Shown: piece by piece, positions 40,499-52,989 of the stretch
Layout of the letters: the number at the start of each line of letters is the position of its first letter
How positions within the stretch are numbered: the first letter of the stretch is position 1
NCBI GenBank assembly: GCA_012026655.1
Contig: JAAILG010000234.1
Span: 1 to 64,000 of the forward strand
DNA length: 64,000 nucleotides
Direction: 5' to 3'
DNA from: Hydrolagus affinis
Lineage: Eukaryota
Translations under genes and position numbers: made by a program
Notes under the pieces: model-generated
The model's input: the letters and a program-made list of their open reading frames with translations, nothing else
The model's database searches: none
What the model was told of the DNA's origin: nothing

Positions 40499-41860
40499 CT
40501 AGGATGTGTTGAGCAGAGGTCTGGAATACACACCTTGGTAATAGGAAGCCTCGCTGACCAGGGCGGAGGAGTCGATGCCGCCTTTGCCCATGGAGCTGAG
40601 AGGCAGGCTGCCCGCCATACCCCCGCCATAGCTGGAATAATGCATCGCCTGCTCGTAAGCCTTCAAGTCCATCTTGTGATGCTGCTGCTCGGACGACATG
40701 AGGTTGTTGATCGAAAAGGGATGGTTGAAAGAGTAGTGAGGGTCTCCCTTCAGGTGGTGGTGGTGGACCTGCTGTGAGTCGCCGGCGCCCATGGAGAGTC
40801 CTGGGTGAAGATGAGGGTGGGAGTGAGGGTGAGAGTGAGGGTGTGAGTGAGGGTGAGGGTGGGGGTGGGAGTGGGGGTGGGGGTGAGGAGTCAGCGGGAC
40901 CCCCAGCACAGAGGCCGAGCTCACGGAGGCAGCCTGGGACTTGATGTCGGTGTGAGGCGCTCTGTCCGGGCTGGAGGCAGGGTTGGAGTCGCCCTCGCCC
41001 TGGGCTCTTCCTACGTTATTAGTATTAGTATTACTAGTATTATTATTGCTGCTGCTGCTGTTGTTACTGTTACTCGCGCCGTTGCTGTTGCCGGCCGGGG
41101 AAGAACCGGTGTCTTTCCTGCCTCCCTCCTGCCCGGCTTTGGGAGAACATTTCTTGTCGCACTTGAAGCGCTTCTGGCGGCGCAGGTAGCAGCCGTTCTC
41201 GAACATGTTGCCCGAGTCCGGGTGCAGCGTCCAGTATGATCCTTTGCCCGGTTTGTCCGGGGAACGGGCCACCTTGATGAAGCAGTCGTTGAAGGAGAGC
41301 GAGTGTCTGATGGAGTTCTGCCAACGCTGCTGGTTCTGCCGGTAATAAGGGAAGAGGTCCATGATCCACTGGTAGATCTCGCTCAGGGTCAGCATCTTGC
41401 TGGGAGCCTGTTGAATGGCCATGGTGATGAGCGAGATGTAGGAATAAGGCGGCTTGGCGTGCGGGTAACTGCGCCTGAAGTTCTTGGTGTCCCTCGGCCG
41501 GTTCAGGTTGCTTTGGGTGTAAGCCATCGGGCTCATGGCGGAGTTCATGCTGGAGTAAGGGGTCAAAGCGTTCATGGACGCCTGCTGGGCGCTCATGGCG
41601 CTCATGTTGGGGCTCAGGGCGGTCCCCATGGCGGGCACCCCCGACCCCATGCCGTTCATGCCACCTGGGCCACCAGCAGCCATGCCCGCCATGGTGGGGC
41701 TGAGCCCGGCACCGATCCCCGGGTTTCCGTAGGACATGTTGAAGGACCCCGGGGTCATGTTGCCGTTGGAGCTCATGGTATTCATGCTCATGTAGGTGTT
41801 CATACCGTTCATGCCACTCAGTCCCGAGCTCATGCTGCCGACCGGTGCCGCTGAATAGGC
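40499..41860 (-). CDS. FOXA1: FOXA1 (HNF3-alpha) exon 2: forkhead domain, eh1-like [12 protein letters not shown]-terminal [14 protein letters not shown]
   Basis: Forkhead sequence [52 protein letters not shown]…[18 protein letters not shown] has FOXA1-type residues, and the gene lies between MIPOL1 and TTC6. Acceptor …tgttgtcaag|GCC; the ORF track's first 6 aa are intronic. Confidence 0.96.
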   Translation of the reverse strand, partial: AYSAAPVGSMSSGLSGMNGMNTYMSMNTMSSNGNMTPGSFNMSYGNPGIGAGLSPTMAGMAAGGPGGMNGMGSGVPAMGTALSPNMSAMSAQQASMNALTPYSSMNSAMSPMAYTQSNLNRPRDTKNFRRSYPHAKPPYSYISLITMAIQQAPSKMLTLSEIYQWIMDLFPYYRQNQQRWQNSIRHSLSFNDCFIKVARSPDKPGKGSYWTLHPDSGNMFENGCYLRRQKRFKCDKKCSPKAGQEGGRKDTGSSPAGNSNGASNSNNSSSSNNNTSNTNTNNVGRAQGEGDSNPASSPDRAPHTDIKSQAASVSSASVLGVPLTPHPHPHSHPHPHPHSHPHSHPHSHPHLHPGLSMGAGDSQQVHHHHLKGDPHYSFNHPFSINNLMSSEQQHHKMDLKAYEQAMHYSSYGGGMAGSLPLSSMGKGGIDSSALVSEASYYQGVYSRPLLNTS

Positions 41861-41971
41861 CTTGACAACAGAAACCACAAGGTTAATTACCCCTCAGCAG
41901 AACTCTAACCGCGGCTTTTCTTTAGCGAGGCAAAAAACAATAATCCCTCAAAAAAACAATTGTTGGCTAAA

Positions 41972-42130
41972 TCACAACTGTTTATGGGGCAGTGTTGTGC
42001 ATAATTGGCTGCCGCGTTTCATTTGCAAAATACACAGTAAATTCACGTTGCTGTATATTCCACGAAGCGCTTCGAGGCGTCTTAAAAAAGTGATACGACT
42101 CTCCTATCAAATGCAGGTATTCTTATTATT
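41972..42130 (+). mobile_element. SINE 3' half (Deu-like) inside the FOXA1 intron
   Basis: 'aattggctgccgcgtttc…cacagtaaattcac…gaagcgcttcgaggcgtc…tatcaaatgcaggtattcttattatt' matches the SINE family tail. Confidence 0.75.
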
Positions 42131-42611
42131 GTAATGACTAAATTGTGGTCACCCTGTGGAATCGTTTGATGCGAAACTTGGCAAGTTGTGATTTTTTTTG
42201 TTGTGTTTCCCCCCCACCCCCTCACCCTCCACAACGCCTGCAACACATAAAATTAAAACCACATTTGATCTTGAATCAAACGAAGGTGTGAGGAAGCCAC
42301 GCCTTTTTGGTCGTAAAAGTTTCAATTTTACAGGTGCATCTTCAAACAGTGAAACACTATCAGGTACAATGCTGCTACTGATTATTGTTTATGACTTGTT
42401 ACCGTTTCCCTATAAAGTCAGGGCTAAACAGTCCATCGGGAGCCCAGCGCAGGCAACAGCAAAGCGGGTTGGAAGGTAGACTTGAACCTCCTCTCTGGTG
42501 CCACCGCGTGGTCTATAACTTTTGAGTCTTGCTCTAACCTCCTGTGCCGCGCACACAAACCCGACAAAAAAAAATCCCCCCCCACCCGCCTCCCACACAC
42601 ACACACACACA

Positions 42612-42711
42612 NNNNNNNNNNNNNNNNNNNNNNNNNNNNNNNNNNNNNNNNNNNNNNNNNNNNNNNNNNNNNNNNNNNNNNNNNNNNNNNNNNNNNNNNN
42701 NNNNNNNNNNN
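42612..42711. other. Assembly gap (100 N) flanked by duplicated sequence
   Basis: 42505-42611 is repeated at 42712-42817. Confidence 0.95.
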
Positions 42712-42911
42712 CGCGTGGTCTATAACTTTTGAGTCTTGCTCTAACCTCCTGTGCCGCGCACACAAACCCGACAAAAAAAAATCCCCCCCCACCCCCCCCC
42801 CCACACACACACACACAAGAGAAAGGTGTGATCTATCAGAAGAAATGTGTGTAAAAAAAATGCAGGGATCAACTTGCTAACATAAAGGTCTAACTGGTCA
42901 CTTTGACTCAC

Positions 42912-42983
42912 CTCTTGCGGTTCACCGTAATAACTACTCCACTCGGAAGCCTCGTGTCCTTCCATCTTCACCGCACCTAACAT
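42912..42983 (-). CDS. FOXA1: FOXA1 exon 1 coding part ([24 protein letters not shown])
   Basis: Canonical FoxA N-terminus, 72 bp, |GTGAGT donor, phase 0 join to exon 2; an extra in-frame ATG lies immediately upstream (42986-42984). Confidence 0.95.
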
Positions 42984-43129
42984 CATGGAGGCAGAACGCA
43001 ATATACCAACATGAAAGCTGCCCCCAAAAATAAAATCCCACCGCGGATGCACTCCAAACTGAAGCGGAGCCAGACAGATAGCAAAGCAGACTGTGAGTGT
43101 TGTGAGGAAGTGTTGTGAGGCGAACACTG

Positions 43130-43340
43130 AGTGAGTAGCGCTGGGGATTTGCGTAGTGATTTAACTGCCCACAGAGCCTGCCTCCTTTCCCGATTTGTCC
43201 AGATCTTTTCTCTATTTGAATAATCAGCTCTCACCTAGGCGTTTGGATACTTCTTGTTTGTTCCTATGGCACACCTGCCCTCGACTCCACAGCAGAATTC
43301 ACATGCCAACTCGCTGCCAGCCACTCACTCACTCACTCTG
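43130..43340 (-). promoter_or_regulatory. Probable FOXA1 core promoter
   Basis: Directly upstream of exon 1; minus-strand TTAAAT (about 43160-43165) is TATA-like; FOX-like TGTTTGTT at about 43255. TSS inferred only. Confidence 0.5.
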
Positions 43341-46300
43341 TGGGGCCAAGGCAGACTCGAGGCATTGAAAAATAGTTCCTATCGGATTTGTAAAGAGACT
43401 AATTGGTTTAACTCGGAAACAATAGGAAAGACAAACTTTAGCAGTAGGATGAGAAACGACAAAATAATCCGCCGCAAAAACCCAAATCACAGGGCACATT
43501 AGTCAAGCCACTAAACCCTGGCGCTAACGGTGTTGTTTCTTTTATATCTCTTCAATGCATCTGACTTTTGTAATTACACTCAGCCTCCTTTTTGGTATCA
43601 ATTTACCAGATGTTATATTAATTGGAAAAATCTAATTATTTTCCTCCCAACAAGATTGTAGTTCAACTAAAATGTGATTTCAGGATACTCGACGCGACCT
43701 TAACAGTATATTAGGCCCACGAATGAGTTTTTTTTAGAGAAAAAGATAGGAGGGATATACCGCCCAGGGAGGTTGGAATACACGTATTTGCGCCTCTTAT
43801 GTGATTTGTTTGGGCTTTTAGCAGTTTGAACCTTGATGCTTACCTTGAAGTTTACAAGTCTGGTACAGTTAGCACATTTTAACCTAAATGTCAACACCGA
43901 GGATTAATTTAATAAACACTTCAATCAGATGAATTCATTTATTCATTCGCGCTTCGAGGGAAATGCATCGTGAAGGTTAAAAGAGATTGTGTAAAAAGTG
44001 TGTGTAAAAAAAAAGCACTAAGTTAGTAAATCAGTGAACTGTGCACCGCCAGATCGTTGCTCTTGCAGCCAGTCTAGCGATAGCCCCGTTAGCAAACCTT
44101 TGGACTAGTAAATACCTTATCTAAATCAATAACGGTAGCGTTTCCAAAAAACACACATTATTTCTGGGGGAAAAACATTGCCCCGTTCGCTGACAATTCA
44201 TCAAATTACACGCTCTGTGAGCCGCAATCTGAGTTTCACATATTTAGTGGACAGATTATAAAGGGCGATGGAGCTTTATGTCTGTTGTTCATTTAGAAAT
44301 CTAAACAAATGTCTGTTTAATAAGGCATTAGGGGGAGCCACATTCCTGTCCAGAAAGAGACGGATCGGACAGAAAGTGGTAGATGTGATTAGCCCCAAGG
44401 TAGAATTTACTCTGCAGTGTGTGTGACGTCTTTGAGGAATGGTGTAAATAAACGCATTCTTCGACCTTCTTTCGTCGCCACAGGTCGTAAAAATGCAGAA
44501 AGGGAGAATAGTTTGCATTCAAGATCACGTACCTCGGGTTACCCTCTTTAGGATTTTGCAGCCAGTAACAGCCCTCGCCCCCAAGTCATCAATAAATGAA
44601 GCCCTTTGCCTGTCCATTGGCTTTATTTAGCACCTAGCAACGCCACAGCCTGGGGATCATGGATGTTAACCCGAACAAAATGAACAGTTCTGGATTTTTT
44701 TTTGTGGAAAAAAAATCTGTCTCTCGGTCTGCTCTATCTATGGAAGACTGTTTGTTGCTCCCGCCGTGAGATGGGTCTCAAATACAAGAAAAAACAGCCA
44801 GAGAGAAGGGTCTTGGGGTAGCCAACCAACAGGCAACATCAAATCTAAAACACCACATCAGATACTTAAGAGAAATCCAAACAGAGCTCAAACAGTCTGG
44901 CCTTTTTGTATTTTTTGAGATTGTATTTGTTTATCTATGGGTTACCTCCGCTTCGCGAGGTTTATTTTTAGTTTAATTCTGGACGGTATTTTTCAGAAGA
45001 TGCTGCCAGACAAAGTAATAATGTCTCTCCGAGCAGACACACTCGGTGAGTGTGTAGAAGCAGCCTGTGTTTAGCTTTCTTGGACTCTCTCCAAGTACTA
45101 TATTTAGAAATAAAAACACAGAAATCAGCCTGGCAAGTTTTACGCACGCCACACAACTATCTTACAATGTTGACTTTGTCAGAAACCGGTGGCGTCCAGA
45201 GGAGTTTGGATTAAAGATGAATACAATTCGATTTAAAATATCTTAAATTATAACGTTAGCTGAGAGAGTCAAACAAATACGCAGCAGCGTGTCCATAATC
45301 TAGCTTTAATGTCTTGTTCATTAAAACAATACTTTAATCGCACATTTTGGTTCACTTTGTGGGTGGAAACTGTCCAGATTCGAGAGATTATAAAAGGTCG
45401 TGTGTCCGTGTTTAGCCCAGCCACGTCATGTTTGTCAATTAATCGATTCATAAAAGCACATTTCTACTCGATCTAAGCCGGTGTTCTGAGGAGCAGATCG
45501 ATTCCTGCACAGCGAACGAGCGAGTGAGTGTGGGTGAGTGTGTGACAGCCAGCCTCACTCTCTCTTGGGAGATCAGACCACTGTTTTTGTTCATATGAAA
45601 TAAGAAAGAACTCTTATTTTTAATCGGTTCTTGGAAATCGCCATAAAGTCTTCCACTTTGCAAGCACGCGTTTCTTGCGGTGACGTTATCTTTATGTCAC
45701 AGAAATGAATTCTGGTGAAGTATATGTAACCTTAATAAGTATATTAAAATTCGCGGTTGCCCTTGGCAAAAGTTCCAATGTGATCTGCTCCAGTCGGTAG
45801 GTACGTGTATGACCGCACAACTTCAAATCACTTTGCACGCTTTAAAGTCCAAGGGGTCATACGACCCCTGTGGATTAGTGATTTTATACCCTGAGTATGT
45901 ATTTGATCCTCGCTGGTGATGCTCGCAAGGTGTGTGATGGGTTCCAACATCTGACCAACAGGCACCAGCTCAATTTCCTAGTAAATTTCACAGAGAGGTA
46001 TCCTCTAGTCCAGTGGTTACCATGCTGTATCTTAGACGAGTTCAAGGATTGTTTGTCAGAAATGCTAATTTGTGTTTAATCTGCAATACGATTAATCCCC
46101 AGAATTGTTCAGGAAGACTGATTTATGGTGATTCTGGACACTCGTGAAGTTTGAATCGTTACTGGAGAGAATCTCACAAAACATGTTTCTTCCTTATCCT
46201 ATAGCGACGCGCGGTATAATCTCTTGAAATGTAATTTCAGTGACCGTTCTTTTTGGATTTAGGCAGTGGAATAGTCTACATTTTTGGATGGTAGATTAAG

Positions 46301-48589
46301 AAAATAAAAGGGGAAGACACGCACCTTCCTACTCTGTATAAAGGGGGCTATCCCACTGATTGCACATAAACACAATGTACACTCTCAATTCATTTAATGG
46401 GACTCCGGATTACCACAAACACACGTTCTTGTGATCAGGGAAAGAGCGAGGGAAAGAACCAGGCGAGAATAGAATATCAACGTATCTCCTCAAACAGAAA
46501 CGACCCATCTGGAGGCATTGACTTCAGGGAACGTTGACGGTCTCTTGAGCATCTAAAGAGCAATATAACTGTTTTTTTTAACCATATCTGGATATATATA
46601 TTATATATAAATACCGCACAATTAATCGGCATATACTTATTCAAGTGAATTTACCCAAGTGTGAAAGACTTGACCTTCTGTATAATTAAAAAGTATAAGT
46701 TTGTCTTTTGCGACACCAGGTTAGTGCTTTCAGAGCCTTTTGTGCAAAAAAAAACCCTATTTAAATTTCTACTTTATTACACAGACGTCCACTTGACATT
46801 CTTAAGCAAAGAATAAGCATTTCGAGCTGTGTTTGGGCCTTTACAATGTACAGCGCTGGTCTGTCCTCCCACATAAAAATAACATTAAACACTAATCGTA
46901 ATTTTTTTTTAATGAAACAGTTAAGGAGCGCCGTCGGTTTGGCTTTTCCTAAAGTTCAACATATCGAAATGTATTTAAGTAAATGCTCAACGCCGGAGCA
47001 GGGAGTGAGTGAGTGCGTTTTAATGTATCCATGGGAATGTTTTGTCACATTTCAAACGAGTAATTCGGGAGCATGTGAAGGAGACCAGGCTGCTTTCTAA
47101 AGGTTCATATAGCGGCTAAAGATTTACCTCGGATTGCTAAGGAGGGTAAATAAGAAATGTTTCATTAAATCAAGAGTAAAATTCCCATGATTTTCTTCGG
47201 GGCAAAAGTTCATGACCGTTTCTTGACCGGGTGGCAGGTGGACAAGATGGAGATTTACTTTCCACTCTTTCAGGATCGATTTACCTGTGTAGACAAGGTG
47301 TAACATGAAGAACCTCCCCGAGACTAACACTTGGCATTAGAAGCCCGCTCTGGCATTTCATTACTATTATCTTCTCAAATGGGAGGTGGAGGGGGGGGGT
47401 GGGGCAGTAGTCAATCCCTTCCAAATGGATAAATTGCAATCGTCAGAAATAAAAGATGTTTTGTTATTTAAGACCAGTTTGGAATGTATTCATGGTTAAC
47501 ACAATCGGTTGCTTGACCAAGCATATGCATATAAGTCTGAGATGCTACATCTCTCCATTTTCCAATGTGCTCTTTCTCCTCATGGGCAAGTGATCATATT
47601 CAGTGGTTGGGATATTTTAACTGCAGATTTGTTATTTATTAGCACTGTGTGATGATCATACAGCACTGTCTGGGGCGAGTATAATTACAAACAAAACCAA
47701 AAGGTCCTGATCAACCATCAACTATTTATGAGTATTTCTGTCATTTCATCTACTAACAAATACACACAAAGAAACAAGACACTGTTAATTAACAAGCAAT
47801 TTTAGCTTCCTTTCCTCACTCACGCAGCTGTCAACGTTTTATTGCATTTCTAGTTCTGGTGCTTTCTTCAGAATTATGTAACACTAGCGGTCCAATATAA
47901 CGATACTCGTGGTAGACCAATCTTTAAAATGTCAATCCAACAATAACTAGCTCCGGCATTGGCTTTTGGATCTCGCTGACTGCTTCTCTTCTGACCACAG
48001 CCCTAGTTTTAATGACGTTAAAGGTTGGTAATGCAGGAAGTCAACTTTTTTTTATTGGACGGAAAACCAGAGTTGTCTGTGTTATCAGCATCAGGGAGTC
48101 AGAAAAATGAAATCTTGTATATGTATTGGAGTGCACATTCACGAACCTGTGACATCCTCTCTAATACTGTTCTGGGCAGTGTAACTGTGCTCTCCTTGTT
48201 GCACAACTGCTCAAATAATGCTCGGTTGGCAGCACCTGCATAATGGAATCATAGCTCACTCTGCTTAACACTGTACTCTGTGAACTATCCCTGTGATGCA
48301 ATCCAACCATTAAAGGCTGTTTCTGAATAAGGACGAAGTCAAATCAGAGAACCCAAAGTGAGGTCCCGGATTCCGGTCCGTGTATCTGTTTGTGTATTGT
48401 GGGTCTTTTCAGTGAAATATAAACGAATGACTATTTCATATAATAATCAACAATAATAATCCTTGCATTTGGTATAATGCCACATATAATATATGTATAT
48501 ATTATTTATGTATGAGGTACATACGTTGATGGTAGATGAAATTGAATCAAATCTTTTTAAAATTACGAATATTACATACTAATTTGTAA

Positions 48590-48775
48590 ATATACTGCCT
48601 CCTAATACTTTAGAGGCAAACTCTTAGGGTGGTTAGTTTCAAAAAGAAAATGGATCGATTTATGTGGCAGGAGCATGGAAATAGGTCTGGAAATGGCCTG
48701 AATGGATTTCTCTTTCAAAGAGTCAGCACAGACTCGACCGCCTTCGGTGCTGTGAATTTCTACGGTTCTACAGCA
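48590..48775 (+). mobile_element. CR1 3' end relic
   Basis: '…ttcaaaaagaaaatggatcgattt…aaagagtcagcacagactcg…gtgctgtgaatttctacggttcta' is CR1 3'UTR-like. Confidence 0.5.
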
Positions 48776-50894
48776 TTTGAAGAATATTGGGAAATAGTAT
48801 TAAAGTTATGGTAAATTGGTATTTCATATCAGGTATCAGCGATGTAATGAGATGAACACCATTTACTCACATTATGTTTGGCCTAACCGATTCATTCAAT
48901 TGACAACAATGTTTTTCTGGGTTTTTTTTGTTCCCATTTCCCACCTTTACAGATCCCTTAGCCAACTGGTGCAAAATTAAACAATACACGTCAGAAGCTT
49001 TCATTAGAATGCAGAATTTAATTAATTTTCAGAAGAAAGGGGCAGTTTCATTTGAATTAATTAAAATAACACATTCATGGCAGAATAATTGATGATTATC
49101 CATGATCAATAATTGCTAATAATCAATTATTTCCCAAATTTAGGCTGAAATTCACTGTTATCCAGCATGTTTTACATTGGCGTTGTGAAGCTTTCTGCAC
49201 GGTTTGCTGTACGAGGTACAACGGAAGGAATCCACCTAGAAGTGGCACTTAGCACTTCTACATTATTTTTTGAGTGTCTTACGTTCGGAAGAGCATTAGA
49301 AAATCTTCAAAGGGTTTTAAAGGAAATTCCTATAAACTTCCCCGCCAAGTGCTTCGAAAAAAACACCTGGATTTGTTTTCAAATTGGATAAATACAGAGA
49401 AAAATGCGATAGCTAATGGTTAACAAAACCAACGCATGTGGTAGGCTAGATTATTTGGGAAACTGGCTCCTTTTTGTATTTATATACTGCCTATAGTGTA
49501 CGGATTATGTCCATCACATATATTATGGATACATTCCTTTACAATATATAATGCTGTTACAAACAGAATACCGAAAGAGAAAGAAAGAGAACTATAGCCC
49601 CAACTTTCTTTACCAGTATTCTCAGTCTTACAAGTCAGATCCTAAAAATGTGACCAAGATATGTATGAAATGTATCCTTTGATATGTGTGTGTATGTGTG
49701 TGTGTGTGTGTGCTTTGGATAATGTAGAGTTGGTGCCATTTTTCTTGGTTTCTATTACTGAAAAGTATTTTCTATTACATCAAAATGAATTTCAGTTATG
49801 AAGAATACTAGAGAAAGTAACTGGGTGTTGTGGGCATCTGGAGAGGGGGGTGATATAAAGAAAAACGATGAATCATTGATCCGATGGTTAAGAAGGTGTA
49901 AGGCTGTAATTTTCTCTATTTTGTTTGAATCCATTAAACATACACGTGAAAAATTGCCCACTGACATACAAGGACCGTAACTTCCTTCATTCTTCATTTG
50001 CGTTTCCTCATTTAAACTGGTCCAAAATCGTTTTCATAATGAAAAGTAATCCATGGTAAAATATCTATGATCATTTGCAATTTTCCAGACTAATTGTCTT
50101 GAGGAACAGATTAAAAATACCATCGAGACAAGCCATGCTATTGTCTATGTGTTTCCTCAGAAGACAGAAGCAATTGGTTGCAAGACTTGACATTGGATTG
50201 GACCATCCAAAGATTGGTCATAACTTAAGCTAGTTGATACATTCTTCACCTCATGCTTGTACACCATTTTTTCATTCTATAAAATTTCAATTTTAAATCT
50301 CTGCTATCGGGGATGCCCTCTCCACAACTCACACACAACACTGTCTTATCACCCACCCCCGAAACATCAAAGGATGGAGTGAGATAGAGATCTCGAGCAC
50401 AAATTAATGTCACCCCCCCATCCCAGCACCGTCCCAATCGACTGTAGTTTTATCCACTAAGTTTCAACCCTGCATTTCTTATCTTAACGTCCTACCGACG
50501 TGAAAGGCGCTCCACAAATGCAATTTTAATTTGTTTGTTTGATGAGCAAAAACTTGAATTGAAGTCACAAATTAAATGTGAGCCGGGAAGAAAACTACGT
50601 TTCCGCAATGGTATGAAAGTGAACTGAAATGATTCACAGTATTTCAACAAAATACTGTAGTATAAACACTCTTCAGCTAATCATTTGATACCAATTTCTT
50701 CAATCTCTGTTTCGTTTCGAAGTTACTGTCATGATAATTTCATTTTTTTTGCATATAAACGAATCTCTGTGAGAAAGCACCTGCTCGTCATAAGTGTTTA
50801 ACTTTATTTTCAGTGTTTCTTTCATCATCTGCTTCACACAGAAACCAGATAGAATCGCTGTACTGTATTACATTTAAGTAAAAGTTGTCAAGAG

Positions 50895-51230
50895 GAGGTT
50901 TCCCCCGATGGCTCAGAGAACTTATCCAAGTCCTGGTGCTTAGTCTCCCTGAGTTAGCTGATCTCAGTGACAGTAAACACACTATAGCTTGGGTCTCAGT
51001 CAGCACTCTTGTCTTCTAGCGCCGAAAACTCATCAAGGATTCCCACTCCTGATTGCTATCCAGCACCCCCTGCTGGCCGTGTGTGAGTTAACAACGTGTA
51101 TTTGCAGAATCAGATAGTTTTAGTGGTGGTGGTGACTCTCCTGTTGTGATTCAGGCAGGAAGAATTTCCACAGGCAGAATACAGGACACTCAACGCCTGT
51201 GGGGCAACCCTCCCAGGTTACAAAATAAGC
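50895..51230 (+). mobile_element. Ancient SINE-like repeat
   Basis: 'gatggctcag…ctgagttagctgatctcag…ttcccactcctgattgctatccagcaccccctgctgg'; related to 16875-17230. Confidence 0.5.
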
Positions 51231-52989
51231 CAATCGAGAAGAATACCAAGACAAAAAATTATTTGAGAATAAATAAACTTCAATAAATATAATGTAAATT
51301 TGTCCAGAGTCATAAAAGCATTACGTCAGACATAAATGCATACATAGGCTTTTTTTTTTAGTTTTTAGTGATTGATTAATGAGGAATAGCAAGTCACGGC
51401 CTCAAACATTGATTTCTATCCATAGCTAATGGGTATCAAATTGTCTGGATTAGCACAGATATTGTTAAAAAATAATAAAATCCCTATGATGGATGCAGAG
51501 AATTTTTAATCTCACGACCAAGGAGAGAAAGGGGTCCATTAAGTACTTGAGTTCTCAAATTTTACTCTATTTGAAACACTGTCGCTAATTGTCTCAAATA
51601 TCAGCAATATGCAGCCTAAAGTGGCATCTATTCCAATGGCACATGAAACCGCATGCATTAGTTGCTTTTATTCTATTTTTCATAGAGGTTTGTAAGTAGT
51701 CAGAACCCAATGTCATATATTCTAGACCATTTAAAAAAAGGTTTAAATTATGCCAAATCCGAACTAATTTGTTGATAAATCATACTTACTATACTGAATG
51801 GATATCCGCGTCCAGATTCATCACTAATTACCGGTATTTAGAAGGACAGAATTAAAGGCTATGGAGAACTATGGCGAAAGGGCATGGCATTGTGCTTAAA
51901 AGATCTGACGAGTTCCAATAAAATTGATGGGCTGAATTACCTCTTCCTGTTTTCTTATGTCCCATCTGAGGAGAATTATGAAAAGGACAAATGAAGACCT
52001 GGGAGTGGTCATACTGGTAACTAGAGTATAAACACCATGCAGAGGGTGCAGGACAATGCAAACCCAAAAATACTTATAGAGGGCAACGTACTTTGCAGAA
52101 TTCCCTTCATTACTGCCTCCCTCAAAGGTTGAGCGTATCCTTTACTACATTTGCAAACCATGGACTGGGATATGAGATATTTATGGAATCGTGATTTACT
52201 TCTCAGTGCCTAACCCACCAAACTACACATTGAGAGAAAGACTGGGCATTCTGGTAAAGATCAGATTACAAATCCTTTGGATGTGGTGCAGACTACCTGC
52301 CGAACAGTGACACTGTGTCCTTACTTCATGCAAATGGGCTGGTCAGCGTTAACCAATCAAACCTTCTCTACCTCATCAATTTGCTGAGGGCACAAATCTG
52401 TCGATTGTCCTCGGGGATAATCGCTGAGTCCAATCTTTAAGTCCTTTGATCACTGGTATCGATGAGCTGTTACTGAGTGATAATATCTCTTGTCAATCAA
52501 TGAGCGAAATTCTGATACTTATGCATCCTCATAAAGTTTCACTGTCAATTCCCTAAAAGTGATGTTAAAGTGCTAATTATTGTCAGCTACAACTAATCTA
52601 ATCGTTAAATATTAGTTTGGCAGACTGTAAGATTATTTTTGGAAGAAAATCTGGTTATGTTAATTATACTGCAGGTGATGTAGAACGCCAGCTATTGGAA
52701 GCTTCGAATTACATATACCAGCATTATACTGTGTGTTTATGTAATGCAGTACATATAGAGTGTTTTAAATACATTGTATACGGAAAATATCTTTTTTTTG
52801 GTTGGGGAATGAGATGAATGGGTAAATCTCCAAATCTAGAAAAGGCTTACAGAAAAGTTTTAATTTGATCCACTTCTGTAGCTCTGAGGTTTTTGGGTAA
52901 CCTTGGGTCCGCAAATTGCTCAATATTTTATGTGTAGGTGGGATGCATGTAGATAATATTGAAACGTTTATATAAGGATTTTCTAGCTT

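Noticed and set aside
41303-41854. 183-aa plus-strand ORF, and other ORFs overlapping FOXA1
   Set aside because: Antisense shadows of GC-rich coding sequence with no recognisable protein.
42741-43127. 128-aa ORF suggesting an N-terminally extended FOXA1
   Set aside because: It starts at a non-ATG codon and runs through the donor into the intron; only 42912-42986 is supported as coding.
45853-45870. Small hairpin AGGGGTCATACGACCCCT
   Set aside because: Isolated 7-bp stem with no supporting context.
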